Part shown: piece after piece, positions 8,163-18,674 of the stretch
How positions within the stretch are numbered: the stretch's first letter is position 1
Layout: each line of letters begins with the position of its first letter
Assembly (NCBI GenBank): GCA_964392095.1
Contig: CAYMOF010000002.1
Coordinates: forward strand, 1-61,812
Reading direction: 5' to 3'
DNA length: 61,812 nucleotides
Origin: an uncultured Candidatus Saccharibacteria bacterium
GTDB lineage: Bacteria > Patescibacteriota > Andersenbacteria > UBA10190
The notes under the pieces: model-generated
Database searches by the model: none
What the model was told of the DNA's origin: nothing
Seen by the model: the letters and a program-made list of their open reading frames with translations, nothing else
Translations under genes and position numbers: made by a program

Positions 8163-8720
8163 ATGTCAGAGACAATTTTGGGGGAAGTCGGTCAAAAAAT
8201 AAAAAACACAATTGTGGGAGTTTTAGAAGGGGTAGATGAGGTTTATGATACCTTGTTTGATACTGTAAAAGACAACGTGGTCAGTTTTTTGGAGGGCGCG
8301 GGAGACGTGACAACAACAGCGGTTGATAACATGCGCGATATTATTGTGGGTGCGATAAAAGGTGCTCAGGATGTAGGCACTTCATCCACAGATGCCGCTA
8401 CCGGTATTGTGAGAGGAACTATTAAAGGGGTAAGCGAAGCCGGGGGAGACGCTACCCGGGTAGTAAAAGATGCTGTCGGGTCGGTGGTTATCGGAACAAG
8501 TGAAGTAGGAGGAGATGTGTCGGGGGCTGCCGTGAAAGCTGTTCAAGCGGCTATCGACGGCGTTCAGGAGGTAGGAGGAGATGTTACAGAAGCAACCAGT
8601 GAAGCTATAAGAGGGGCCGTAGAGGCAGCCGGATCTATTGGTGGCGAGGTGGCTGATTCCGTGAAAGAAGTGTTGGGAAGGAGTGTAGAAGGGGCAAAGG
8701 ACGTGATAGAAAAGATTTAG
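8163..8720 (+). CDS. Gly/Val/Asp-rich repeat protein (185 aa, about seven ~22-aa repeats)
   Basis: Repeats of the type xEVGGDVxxxxxxAVxGAV visible in protein and DNA (GAGGTAGGAGGAGATGT recurs); no family recognised. Confidence 0.5.
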   Translation: MSETILGEVGQKIKNTIVGVLEGVDEVYDTLFDTVKDNVVSFLEGAGDVTTTAVDNMRDIIVGAIKGAQDVGTSSTDAATGIVRGTIKGVSEAGGDATRVVKDAVGSVVIGTSEVGGDVSGAAVKAVQAAIDGVQEVGGDVTEATSEAIRGAVEAAGSIGGEVADSVKEVLGRSVEGAKDVIEKI

Positions 8721-8865
8721 AAACAGGTTGCATTAAGTGCGGTCTGCTTTAGTGTTTTGGGTATAAGTCCTAGTCTGAAATTTATTATCAGAAAACATTT
8801 TAATGTTTATGACAATATGGAGTATTATTGACAGTTAATGGGTGCGGCATTAAAATGTGGGGCGG

Positions 8866-8912
8866 ACATTAAGGTTTGTGCAAAAGTACAGACCTTAATG
8901 TGTTTTATTTAT
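8866..8912 (+). terminator. strong hairpin plus U-tract (terminator of 8163 gene or attenuator ahead of ATPase operon)
   Basis: 16-bp stem 8866-8881 / 8886-8901 (two G-U pairs), AAAA loop, then GTTTTATTTATT. Confidence 0.6.
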
Positions 8913-8946
8913 TAGTTTTTTAAGTTTTTAAGCATTTTATAAACAG

Positions 8947-9282
8947 ATGCAGTCACTTTTAGAAAAAGTTAAGAGTGTGGAAAAGGAGGCTCAAGACAGG
9001 ATTAATCAAATTGAGCGAGCCGGTCAGGAAAAATTGTCTGATATAGAGAATGCTGAAAGCGATTTAATGAACTCGGTTAGAAATAAAGCTGAAAAAAGAG
9101 GGGAAGAGATAGTTAGAGAAGCGCTAGAAAAAGCCAAAAGAGAGGTTAACGCTATTCACCAGGATAGAGAACAAACAATAAAAACAGTTAAGGAAAATTC
9201 TTTAAAGAACAGGGACGAGGCTGTCAAGACGATTTTAAGATTTTTTTATGAAGACTTTATAGGAAAAGAAGAATTAAAATGA
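8947..9282 (+). CDS. A/V-type ATPase peripheral-stalk subunit (H/G-like)
   Basis: 111-aa Lys/Glu-rich helical protein in first position of an H-I-K-E-C-F-A-B-D ordered operon; ATGA overlap with next gene. Confidence 0.55.
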   Translation: MQSLLEKVKSVEKEAQDRINQIERAGQEKLSDIENAESDLMNSVRNKAEKRGEEIVREALEKAKREVNAIHQDREQTIKTVKENSLKNRDEAVKTILRFFYEDFIGKEELK

Positions 9283-11270
9283 TCACAGAAATGGCAAAAA
9301 TACAAGTAGCGATGCCTCTTAATTTAAATGAGGATGTTTTGAAATGGCTTCAAGAAAAAGAATTGTTGCACATAACTAACACAAATAAGGATTCGAAATC
9401 TGTGGAAGGTGATGCTGATCTCGATCTCACACTGGCTCAACTTCAGTATGTTCTTGAATTCTCTGAACAAATAAAATCAGAGCTTGGGATCGAGAAGAAA
9501 AAGTCTTGGCGGAATATTTTTTCAGGCAAACCAATAGCGACCTTGGCGAGTTTAGAGCAAGTTACGGATAATTTAAAACTGGAAGAAATAATAAAAGAAA
9601 CCAAGGACATAAGCGATAAATTAACTAATTTGGAATCTAAAAATGAAAACATCAAGGAAAAGATGGAAAGGTTGCGCCCCTGGAAGAACTTGGAAATAAC
9701 GGGAACCGATTTGGATGGTACAGAGAATGTGGTTTATGCGCTGATTTATGTGAACGCGGCCGAAGAAGCTTTGGTTAAGCAAAAGATAAATAAAATTGAT
9801 ACAGCCGCGCAGACAGAGATTTTTAGAGAGGTTGAAAAGAAAAGAGGTTACGTTTATTTAGAGGTGATGATTCATAAACAAGACGCTCATTTAATTGAAG
9901 ATATAATTTCACAAACAAGCGCCGAGAAGGCGGCCATTCAATTGCCTTATGATTCTTCTATTTCGGAACGGTTTGAGATGTTAGACGAGGAAAAGATTAA
10001 AAATAATCAGGAAAGAAGACGGTTATTAAAAAGAGCCAGGAAGATCACCAGAGTTGAGAAAGAGGTTAAATTTGCCTATGACACCTTATTGCATAGGAAG
10101 GAGCGTTTGTTGGCCAGGCAAAAAATGGTTGATTTTAATCTGTCGAGCGTTGTTACAGGATGGCTGCCTAAAAATAAACTGGAGATTTTAAAGGAGGAAG
10201 CTGAAAAAGATTTTCCAAGCATATGTATAGACGAAATAAAGCCCGCCAAAAGCGAGCAGGGACCAGTAGTCTTACAGAACACATCTTTTATGAGTCCTTT
10301 TGAGGCGGTGACTGATATTTTCGGCAGACCTAAATACACGGAGATTGATCCGACTCCGGCCTTGTCTTTTTTCTTCTTGATCGCGTTTGGTTTAGCATTA
10401 ACTGACGCAGGTTACGGTTTAGTGATGATGGGTGTTATGTGGGTAGCGGAAAGGATGTTTCGTCTTAAAAAAAATATGAAAAAGATGGTCAGGCTTTTGT
10501 TTTATGCGGGGGTGGCAACGGTGGTTTTCGGCGCTATTACTGGAGGCTGGTTCGGTGTAAATTTAGAGAACTTACCGCCAAGTAACGGTAAGAGTTTTTT
10601 ATTAAGCATGAAGTTAATTGATCCCGTGACTGAACCAATGAATTTGCTTTTAGTGGCTTTTGGAATTGGCGTGGCACAATTGCTATTTGCGTGGGTGGTA
10701 AGAGGTTATGACCATTGGCGCAAGGGTGACATTGTGGCTGTTGTTTTTGACGACGCGGCTTGGATAACTATGGTGATCTCAATATTGCTATGGGTAGGTA
10801 GTTCGAGAGGAATTTTACCAATAGCCTGGAGCCTGACACTAAAGATGGTTGTTATTGTTAACGCTCTGATTTTAGTTCTCACCCAAGGCAGGTCTTACAG
10901 AAATCCTCTGTTAAAGATAGGAGGTGGAATAATAAGCTTGTATGGGTTGGTAGGTTTTATTAGTGACACCCTAAGTTATTCACGGTTGCTTGCGTTAGGG
11001 CTGGCTACCGGTATTATTGCCTTGGTGGTTAATCTGATGGGAGCAATGGCGGCTGATTCTTTGCCCGGCTTCGGTTGGGTTATAGCGGTTTTTGTCTTAT
11101 TGGTAGGACATGTATTTAATATCGGTATTAATTCTTTAGGAGCGTTTATTCACTCCGGAAGGTTGCAGTTCGTGGAGTTTTTTCCGAAGTTTATTGAAGG
11201 GGGAGGAAAGCCTTTTAAGCCATTGGGGAGAGTTAGTAAGTTTGTTGATAATCCAAATGATTATATTTGA
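9279..11270 (+). CDS. atpI: A/V-type ATPase subunit I (a)
   Basis: 663 aa; soluble coiled-coil N-half plus multi-TM C-half ending in the LSYSRLLALGLA stator-Arg region. Confidence 0.85.
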   Translation: MITEMAKIQVAMPLNLNEDVLKWLQEKELLHITNTNKDSKSVEGDADLDLTLAQLQYVLEFSEQIKSELGIEKKKSWRNIFSGKPIATLASLEQVTDNLKLEEIIKETKDISDKLTNLESKNENIKEKMERLRPWKNLEITGTDLDGTENVVYALIYVNAAEEALVKQKINKIDTAAQTEIFREVEKKRGYVYLEVMIHKQDAHLIEDIISQTSAEKAAIQLPYDSSISERFEMLDEEKIKNNQERRRLLKRARKITRVEKEVKFAYDTLLHRKERLLARQKMVDFNLSSVVTGWLPKNKLEILKEEAEKDFPSICIDEIKPAKSEQGPVVLQNTSFMSPFEAVTDIFGRPKYTEIDPTPALSFFFLIAFGLALTDAGYGLVMMGVMWVAERMFRLKKNMKKMVRLLFYAGVATVVFGAITGGWFGVNLENLPPSNGKSFLLSMKLIDPVTEPMNLLLVAFGIGVAQLLFAWVVRGYDHWRKGDIVAVVFDDAAWITMVISILLWVGSSRGILPIAWSLTLKMVVIVNALILVLTQGRSYRNPLLKIGGGIISLYGLVGFISDTLSYSRLLALGLATGIIALVVNLMGAMAADSLPGFGWVIAVFVLLVGHVFNIGINSLGAFIHSGRLQFVEFFPKFIEGGGKPFKPLGRVSKFVDNPNDYI

Positions 11271-11300
11271 TATTATTATTTATTCTTAAGAAAAATTATT

Positions 11301-11780
11301 ATGCCATACGCAATAATGATAGCCATAGGAGGAGCAGCGATAGCTGCGGCGCTGGGTGGGTTAGGTTCAATTTTTGGGGTACGGACGGCTGCTCAAGCGA
11401 GCGCGGGAGTCGTCTCGGAGGACCCGGATAAGTTTGGTAAGGTGCTTCTTTTGACAGCCTTGCCAGGCTCACAGGGTATTTATGGTTTTTTGGCGGCTAT
11501 AATAATAGCTAACGCTATTGGGTTATTGGGAGGAAACTTGGTCGACATTAGTATCGCCCAGGGGTGGCAGATACTAATAGCGGCTTTGCCATGCGGTATT
11601 ACTGGTCTTGTTTCAGGAGCATTCCAGGGAAGAGTCGCGGCGGCGGCCGTAAATATCACAGCTAAAAAACCAGACGCTTCCGGTAAGGGGGTTATAATTT
11701 CAGCAATTGTTGAAACTTACGCCGTTTTGGGATTGCTGGTTAGTATTCTGCTCATTAATGGGCTTGGCTTAGGGGCGTAA
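11301..11780 (+). CDS. atpK: A/V-type ATPase proteolipid subunit K (c), 4-TM type
   Basis: 159 aa aligning by eye with Enterococcus NtpK (LPGSQGIYGF, SGAFQGRVAAAA, IVETYAVLGL). Confidence 0.85.
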   Translation: MPYAIMIAIGGAAIAAALGGLGSIFGVRTAAQASAGVVSEDPDKFGKVLLLTALPGSQGIYGFLAAIIIANAIGLLGGNLVDISIAQGWQILIAALPCGITGLVSGAFQGRVAAAAVNITAKKPDASGKGVIISAIVETYAVLGLLVSILLINGLGLGA

Positions 11781-11805
11781 GAACAAGAATATCTTAGTAA
11801 ACCAC

Positions 11806-12366
11806 ATGTCTTTTGCTCAATTACAAAAAGCAATCTATAAAGAGGCTAAGAAGAGAGCTGATGAGATAGACGCAGATTATCATCGGAGGCTGGCTGTTGA
11901 AGAAGAAAGGATAAAAAAAGAGGCCAGAATGATAGAGGAGGGGATAATGGATCGAGTTCGTTCTGAAGCTATGCAAAAGGCTAGATTTATTCATCAGGAA
12001 GAAAAATTGTTATCAAAATCCCAGGTCTTAAAAGCGAAACAGGAAGAAATTGAGAGTATTAGAACTGAAGCAAAATCACAAATCATTAATTGGGATGATG
12101 AAAAAGCTAAGAAATTGATAAAGAAACTGATTGATCTGGTGCCCGACAATGCGGAAGGTGAGATTTTACCAGGCGGCGCCCATAAAAAGTGGATAATACA
12201 GTACGCCGGAAAAAAGGGCTTAAAAATTTCTGACGAAGAAATTGCTAATGAGGGCGGGTTGATTTACCGGGGCAATAACATTGAGATTAACGTGACTGTG
12301 GGACGCTTGGTAGATCAGTTGTTTAGCCGGAGGCGGTCGGAAATAGCTAAGGTTTTATTCGAATAG
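11806..12366 (+). CDS. atpE: A/V-type ATPase subunit E
   Basis: 186 aa; charged helical N-half plus globular C-half; operon position. Confidence 0.65.
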   Translation: MSFAQLQKAIYKEAKKRADEIDADYHRRLAVEEERIKKEARMIEEGIMDRVRSEAMQKARFIHQEEKLLSKSQVLKAKQEEIESIRTEAKSQIINWDDEKAKKLIKKLIDLVPDNAEGEILPGGAHKKWIIQYAGKKGLKISDEEIANEGGLIYRGNNIEINVTVGRLVDQLFSRRRSEIAKVLFE

Positions 12367-12370
12367 GTTT

Positions 12371-13198
12371 ATGTCTTCGGTTGATACACCATATATTGTC
12401 GGCGTGGTGCGCGAATGGGAAAAAGGCTTCTTGGAAGAAGATGAATTTACGAGGTTAATAGAAGCGAAATCTAACAGTGATGCCGTAGGGGTTTTGCTGG
12501 AAACTCCCTACGGCCGGTGGTTGGAAGAAAAAAGAGATTTGAAAGCGGCTTTTAAAGCCCTTGAAAGTCATCTTGTGGAAATAAAAAGCTGGTTAGTTGA
12601 GGTTTTGGCCGACGGGCGCCTAAAAGATTTTATCTTTTCCCGTTATGATGGTCTAAATATTGCTACCGCCATATTGGAAAAATCTGAAGGTATTGAGGAA
12701 ATGGGAGAAAAGTCTCCTTTAGGAATTATAAAGGAGGATGTAATACAAAGTGTTGTTTGGAATAACCTGGGTTGGGATATTATTCCTGCTACCTGGAAAA
12801 CATTCATAGCCAAAAACAACAAAAAAGATATTAACAAGTACGATTTGCTCAAAAAAACAGCGGAGCAGGTGCATATTGTAATGGCGGAATCGTCTTTTAC
12901 TCCCCTAATGAAGGAAGTAACCGGATTAGAAATTCGTCGCTTGGAAAAAGATAAGGAAATGAGGCCTTATGAGTTGGATGATGCGGCTTTGTATGACAAG
13001 GAGCATGATGAGAACTTGTTGGCGACAATAAGAAAATACCGGTTTGAGCCAATTGGTTATGATCCTATTATCTCTTTTTGGTACGCTAAAGAAATAGAAA
13101 TAAACAATTTAAGGATTTTGTTATCAGCTAAATTAAACGGGCTGTCCACGGAAGCCTTACGTGGTTATCAGAGAAGCATGTATAGAGAATTAGTATGA
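12371..13198 (+). CDS. atpC: A/V-type ATPase subunit C (d)
   Basis: 275 aa; operon position between E and F; ATGA overlap with F. Confidence 0.65.
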   Translation: MSSVDTPYIVGVVREWEKGFLEEDEFTRLIEAKSNSDAVGVLLETPYGRWLEEKRDLKAAFKALESHLVEIKSWLVEVLADGRLKDFIFSRYDGLNIATAILEKSEGIEEMGEKSPLGIIKEDVIQSVVWNNLGWDIIPATWKTFIAKNNKKDINKYDLLKKTAEQVHIVMAESSFTPLMKEVTGLEIRRLEKDKEMRPYELDDAALYDKEHDENLLATIRKYRFEPIGYDPIISFWYAKEIEINNLRILLSAKLNGLSTEALRGYQRSMYRELV

Positions 13199-13524
13199 GT
13201 GACAAACAAGAAACAAATGTTGCTTACGCGGGTCCTCCAGGGGGCGGTTTGGGGTTTCAGCTGGCGGGTATAGATGTGGTTGCTTGCGAAAATGAGAAAG
13301 AGTTGTTGAGTGTGCTTAAAAAAGAAAAAGGGGGGCAGCATGAGATTGTTTTTGTGGATGAGGGTTTGGCGGAAAATATTTTGGCGGAAATTGAGAAGTT
13401 AAACGAGAACTTGTTGCCCGCTATTGTGCTAATCTCCAGCTCGGCCAGCTCTAAAAAAATTGCGGCTCGTAAAATGGACCAGTTGTTATTGAAGGCTGTT
13501 GGTTCAGATATTATTAATAAGTAG
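13195..13524 (+). CDS. atpF: A/V-type ATPase subunit F
   Basis: 109 aa; GFQLAGIDVV pattern; operon position. Confidence 0.65.
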   Translation: MSDKQETNVAYAGPPGGGLGFQLAGIDVVACENEKELLSVLKKEKGGQHEIVFVDEGLAENILAEIEKLNENLLPAIVLISSSASSKKIAARKMDQLLLKAVGSDIINK

Positions 13525-13539
13525 ATTATTCAATTTTAA

Positions 13540-15348
13540 ATGACTGATGAAAATATGAATGAAAAAATTCAGGGAAAAATCAAAAAAGTTTCGGGTCCAT
13601 TGGTAATTGCCGAGGAGATGAGGGGGGCAAAAATGTATGACGTGGCGTTGGTGGGGGATATAAAGCTGGTCGGTGAAATTGTAGAGCTGGAAGGAGACTC
13701 CGCTTCTATTCAAGTATATGAAGAAACTTCAGGATTAACTCCTGGTCAAATGGTTGTTTCTCAGGGAGAGCCACTATCTTTGTCACTGGGACCGGGAATG
13801 TTAAATAACATATACGATGGTATTCAAAGGCCTCTGGAGGTAATTAAAGAGCGGGCCGGAACATTTATTGCTAGAGGGATCGATGTACCGTCCTTGGATA
13901 AAGAAAAACAATGGAATTTAAAACCTTCTGTTAGTGAAGGAGCTTCAGTGACGGCTGGAGACGTTTTGGGAACTGTTCAAGAAACGGAAGTTATTGAACA
14001 TAAGATCATGGTTCCTCCTCATGTTAAGGAAGGCAGGGTAAAAAAGATAGAAGAGGGTGCCTACAAAGTCGATGAAGTAGTGGCAACGGTTGAGGATAAT
14101 GAGGGTAAGGAGCATGAAATTACACTGGTGCAGAGGTGGCCTATTCGTATGCCTAGACCAGTAAAGAAAAAGTTGGTTCCTCAAGAACCTTTAATTACAG
14201 GACAGAGGGTTATAGATACGTTCTTCCCCATAGCCAAAGGAGGTACGGGAGCCGTTCCAGGACCTTTTGGGTCAGGAAAAACAGTGGTTCAGCAACAGCT
14301 GGCAAAGTGGGCCGATGCTGACATTATTGTTTACATTGGCTGTGGTGAGCGGGGAAATGAAATGACCGACATTCTGATTGAGTTTCCCGAATTAGAAGAC
14401 CCTAATACCGGAAAGCCTCTAATGCAGAGAACTGTACTTATTGCCAATACGTCAAATATGCCTGTGGCCGCTCGAGAAGCATCTATTTACACGGGAATGA
14501 CCATTGCTGAATATTATCGGGACATGGGCTATTCGGTGGCTCTCATGGCTGATTCAACTTCGCGTTGGGCTGAGGCTTTAAGGGAGATGTCGGGGCGACT
14601 GGAAGAAATGCCTGGAGACGAGGGTTATCCCGCCTATTTAGGCTCTAGAACAGCTGCTTTTTATGAGCGTTCCGGAAAAGCAAAGGTTTTGGGATCTGAA
14701 GATAAAACCGGTTCATTAACGGCGATAGGAGCGGTGTCGCCTCCGGGCGGTGATTTGTCTGAGCCGGTTACCCAAAATACCTTGAGTGTAGTTAAGGTTT
14801 TCTGGGGATTAGACGAGAAGCTGGCTTATTCTAGGCATTATCCATCGATTAATTGGTTAAATAGTTATTCGTTGTACACTGAGCAGTTGTCTAGTTTTTA
14901 TCGTAAAAACGCAGGTGAGGAATGGGATAGTTTGCGGCAGAAAGCAATGAACATCCTTCAGGAAGAAGCATCTCTAGAGGAAGTGGTGAGGCTTGTCGGT
15001 GTTGAGGCTCTATCAAAAGAAGAACAGCTGTTGCTTTATGCCGCCAGAATGGTGCGTGAAGATTATTTGCAACAAAACGCTTATGATGATGTGGACACTT
15101 ACACTAGTCTAAAAAAGCAGTATCGCATGTTAAAATCTATTATGCTTTTTTATGAAGAGGGCAAAGAAAAGATAAAGGACGCCGAGATAGAAATAAGCGA
15201 CTTAACAAAATTGTCGGTGGTCACGGAAATAGCAAAAGCTAAAATCATTAAAGAAGAAGAGGTTGACGTTAAGTTCAATGAATTAGATAAGCAGATTGTC
15301 TCTGCTGTCCGGGAAGCGGGCAAAGAAAAGATAAACCCGGAAAAATAA
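13540..15348 (+). CDS. atpA: A/V-type ATPase catalytic subunit A
   Basis: 602 aa; Walker A GPFGSGKT; non-homologous insert typical of A subunits. Confidence 0.95.
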   Translation: MTDENMNEKIQGKIKKVSGPLVIAEEMRGAKMYDVALVGDIKLVGEIVELEGDSASIQVYEETSGLTPGQMVVSQGEPLSLSLGPGMLNNIYDGIQRPLEVIKERAGTFIARGIDVPSLDKEKQWNLKPSVSEGASVTAGDVLGTVQETEVIEHKIMVPPHVKEGRVKKIEEGAYKVDEVVATVEDNEGKEHEITLVQRWPIRMPRPVKKKLVPQEPLITGQRVIDTFFPIAKGGTGAVPGPFGSGKTVVQQQLAKWADADIIVYIGCGERGNEMTDILIEFPELEDPNTGKPLMQRTVLIANTSNMPVAAREASIYTGMTIAEYYRDMGYSVALMADSTSRWAEALREMSGRLEEMPGDEGYPAYLGSRTAAFYERSGKAKVLGSEDKTGSLTAIGAVSPPGGDLSEPVTQNTLSVVKVFWGLDEKLAYSRHYPSINWLNSYSLYTEQLSSFYRKNAGEEWDSLRQKAMNILQEEASLEEVVRLVGVEALSKEEQLLLYAARMVREDYLQQNAYDDVDTYTSLKKQYRMLKSIMLFYEEGKEKIKDAEIEISDLTKLSVVTEIAKAKIIKEEEVDVKFNELDKQIVSAVREAGKEKINPEK

Positions 15349-15373
15349 ACTAATTTAAATTAATCAAATAATT

Positions 15374-16795
15374 ATGCTTAAAGAATACAAGACAACTTCT
15401 GAAATTACGGGTCCTCTGATGGTGGTCGAAAACGTAGAGGGTGTTGCTTATGATGAATTGGTAGAAGTAGAGATGCCCTCTGGGGAAAAGCGCAGAGGCA
15501 AGGTGCTTGAGGTTTCCGGAAACAGCGCCGTTGTACAAATGTTTGAGGGAACAAGCGGCCTCAATGTTTCAGCCACAAAAGTAAGATTCCAGGGAGATGT
15601 TTTAAAACTGCCGGTTTCTATGGATCTTTTGGGCAGAACTTTTTCCGGGGCTGGAAAACCAATAGACGGACAACCGGATATTATTCCGGAGGAAGAATTA
15701 GATATAAATGGTTCACCTATTAATCCCGCAGCTAGGGCTTATCCTAATGACTTCATACAAACCGGAATGTCAACAATCGATGGCATGAATACATTAGTTT
15801 TAGGGCAAAAGTTGCCAATCTTTTCAGGAGCCGGCTTGCCTCATTCGATATTGGCGGCGCAGATAGCTAGGCAAGCAACTGTGCCTAGCGCAACAAAAAG
15901 GGGGGGTGGTCAAGAAATTGAATTTGCGGTTGTTTTCGCGGCAATGGGGATAACATTTGAGGAAGCTCAGTTTTTTATTTCCGATTTTACTGATCGTGGA
16001 GCCGTGGAGAGGTCAGTCTTGTTTATAAACTTAGCAGATGACCCGGCAGTTGAGAGAATTGCGACGCCTAGAATGGCATTAACAGCGGCTGAATATCTGG
16101 CTCTTGTGAAAAACATGCATGTGTTGGTAATTCTTACAGACATGACAAAATACGCCGAGGCTTTAAGGGAAATCAGTTCGGCTCGAAAAGAGGTGCCTGG
16201 GCGAAGGGGTTATCCCGGGTATTTGTATTCTGATTTATCGACTATTTATGAAAGGGCGGGGCGTTTAAGAGGAAAAGAAGGTTCAATAACCCAGATTCCA
16301 ATCCTGTCGATGCCCGAAGACGATAAGACCCATCCAATTCCTGATTTAACTGGTTACATCACGGAAGGACAGATAATTTTGGGTAGAGATCTTCATCAAA
16401 AAGGAATTTATCCGCCGGTAAACGTGTTGTCTTGTTTGTCTAGGCTGATGCCTAAAGGTATTGGTGAAGGAAAAACCAGAGAGGATCATCATGGCGTGGC
16501 TAACCAGCTTTTCGCCTCATACGCAAGGGGCCTGGAAGTTAGAGAATTGGCTGTTATTTTGGGGGAAGGCGCCTTAACAGAAGTAGATAAGAGTTATTTG
16601 GAGTTTGCTAAAAAGTTTGAGGAAAAATTTGTTAAGCAGGGAGAAACGGAAAACCGTTCAATTCAAGAAACTTTGTCGATCGGCTGGCGACTGTTGGAGC
16701 TGTTACCGAAGAGTGAATTAAAGAGGATAAAATCGGAGCAAATAGATAAATATTTGCAAGAAACGAAAGCGGAGAAAGAGACTGAAAACGTTTGA
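15374..16795 (+). CDS. atpB: A/V-type ATPase subunit B
   Basis: 473 aa; strong B-subunit pattern ([23 protein letters not shown]). Confidence 0.95.
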   Translation: MLKEYKTTSEITGPLMVVENVEGVAYDELVEVEMPSGEKRRGKVLEVSGNSAVVQMFEGTSGLNVSATKVRFQGDVLKLPVSMDLLGRTFSGAGKPIDGQPDIIPEEELDINGSPINPAARAYPNDFIQTGMSTIDGMNTLVLGQKLPIFSGAGLPHSILAAQIARQATVPSATKRGGGQEIEFAVVFAAMGITFEEAQFFISDFTDRGAVERSVLFINLADDPAVERIATPRMALTAAEYLALVKNMHVLVILTDMTKYAEALREISSARKEVPGRRGYPGYLYSDLSTIYERAGRLRGKEGSITQIPILSMPEDDKTHPIPDLTGYITEGQIILGRDLHQKGIYPPVNVLSCLSRLMPKGIGEGKTREDHHGVANQLFASYARGLEVRELAVILGEGALTEVDKSYLEFAKKFEEKFVKQGETENRSIQETLSIGWRLLELLPKSELKRIKSEQIDKYLQETKAEKETENV

Positions 16796-16828
16796 TGGGA
16801 GAACTCTTAAGATTAGTTAATAATTAAA

Positions 16829-17446
16829 ATGGCCGGTTTTAGAGTAAATCCAACAAGAATGGAAATGTTGCGCTTGAAGAAGCGCATGGTTTTAGCAGAA
16901 AAAGGGCATAAGCTCCTTAAAGAAAAGCGTGATGGGTTGATGCAGGAATTTTTAAAGATCGTGAGAGAGGTAAGGCAGTTGAGAGGAGAGATAGACGACA
17001 AGTTGTCAGTGGCTCTTAGACATTTCACTTTGGCGCAGGCCGCTATGGCTGACCAGGCCACCAGAATGTTGTCTTTATTGAAATTACAAAAAGTTTCGGC
17101 TCAAGTTTCACAGAAAAATGTTATGGGGGTAAGTATTCCTGATTTTAAAACTTACCTAGAAGATGGCGACGATGATTATTACTGGTGGGAAACTTCTCCG
17201 AGCTTGGATGTGGCTATGCGTCATTTTAGAGAGGTTTTGCCTCTTTTGCTGAAACTAGCAGAAAAAGAGAAGGCGGCGGAACTTATGGCCCAAGAAATTG
17301 AAAAAACACGTCGGCGGGTTAACGCCTTGGAATACGTGTTGATACCGCAACTTAAAAACAATATACGATACATTGATATGAAACTCGAAGAGCAGGGGAG
17401 AGCCGCGATTATAACAACGATGAAGGTGAAAGAAACGATCGGTTAA
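16829..17446 (+). CDS. atpD: A/V-type ATPase central-stalk subunit D
   Basis: 205 aa; NPTRMEMLRLKKR start and RRVNALEYVLIP motif. Confidence 0.9.
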   Translation: MAGFRVNPTRMEMLRLKKRMVLAEKGHKLLKEKRDGLMQEFLKIVREVRQLRGEIDDKLSVALRHFTLAQAAMADQATRMLSLLKLQKVSAQVSQKNVMGVSIPDFKTYLEDGDDDYYWWETSPSLDVAMRHFREVLPLLLKLAEKEKAAELMAQEIEKTRRRVNALEYVLIPQLKNNIRYIDMKLEEQGRAAIITTMKVKETIG

Positions 17447-17581
17447 AGGGTTTTCTACGAACGAAATGCTCTCGCGGCTATTCACACTATTTAACATAAC
17501 ACTTCTTTCTAACCGTGGTTGTCTTGGGTAATTTATTTGGTGATCGTGATAAAATAGGTTTAAGAAGTTTTACTCGACTCT

Positions 17582-18667
17582 ATGTCTCTTTTTTTAGCGA
17601 TACTGATTATTTTGGCGTCTTTTTATTTGATGGCAAAATTAATCGATATTCACTTTATTAAGAGTTTGGACAACATTGCCGAATGGTTTAAGATGCCGGA
17701 AAGCGTAGCCGGGGCTACTTTGTTGGCTTTTGGGACAAGCGCTCCAGAGATCTCCACGGCCCTTCTGGCCTTGTTTTTAACTGGCGCTAGTCCGGCCTTA
17801 GGGGTCGGCACGATAGTCGGGTCGGCGATATTTCAAATATTAGTGGTAATTGGTTTCGCGGCTATAGTTAAAGCTTCTTACTTAAACTGGAAACCAGTTA
17901 TTCGTGACAGTTTCTTTTACGCTATTTCTATAATATTGCTAATAGTTTTTATTAATGACGGGGTTTTTACTTTTAAAGAAGCTTTGATGTTGGTGGGTGG
18001 TTATGTTATTTACTTATTGTCTCTTTATGTGTGGACAAAAATTGTAGATGAAAGCAAGGAGCCTAGCCCTATCGATATGGTTGAAGAAGAGCTTGGAAAG
18101 AACTGGCCGATAGGCAAAATAAAAAAGGTATGGAATGTTATAACTTTTCCAATAGACGCGGTTTTAAAACTTATACCAGATGCGGATAAAAACAAGAAGT
18201 GGACCTTGCCTGTTTTTTTTCTTAGTTTGGCTATTATAGGTTTTGCCTGTTATTGGATGGTGGTGGCAGCTGAGGCTATGGCTCTTACGCTGGGTATCCC
18301 TTCGGCAATAATAGCTCTAACAATACTAGCGGGGGGGTCGTCTGTGCCGGAAATGATTTCATCTGCTATTGTGTCCAGACAGGGGAGGGGAGATATGGCT
18401 ATAGCAAATGCTGTTGGTAGTAATATATTCGATATTTTGATGAGTTTGGGGCTGCCTTTATTAATATTTACCGCCTTAAGAGGGCCTGTGTCTGATTTAG
18501 GAGATGCTAATATAATGTCTTCTCTGCTGCTTTTGTTTTTCACTTTACTGATGGTGATTGTTCTTTTGGCTTCACAGAAATTTAAAGCAACAAAGATATT
18601 CGGAATGTTTTTGGTAGCAGTTTATGTCTTGTATGTAGTAGCTGCTTATTTGGGGTGGATAGGGTGA
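17582..18667 (+). CDS. Na+/Ca2+ exchanger family (CaCA, YrbG-like) membrane protein
   Basis: Two alpha-repeats, GTSAPE and GGSSVPE; about 10 TM segments. Confidence 0.8.
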   Translation: MSLFLAILIILASFYLMAKLIDIHFIKSLDNIAEWFKMPESVAGATLLAFGTSAPEISTALLALFLTGASPALGVGTIVGSAIFQILVVIGFAAIVKASYLNWKPVIRDSFFYAISIILLIVFINDGVFTFKEALMLVGGYVIYLLSLYVWTKIVDESKEPSPIDMVEEELGKNWPIGKIKKVWNVITFPIDAVLKLIPDADKNKKWTLPVFFLSLAIIGFACYWMVVAAEAMALTLGIPSAIIALTILAGGSSVPEMISSAIVSRQGRGDMAIANAVGSNIFDILMSLGLPLLIFTALRGPVSDLGDANIMSSLLLLFFTLLMVIVLLASQKFKATKIFGMFLVAVYVLYVVAAYLGWIG

Positions 18668-18674
18668 TCTGGTA

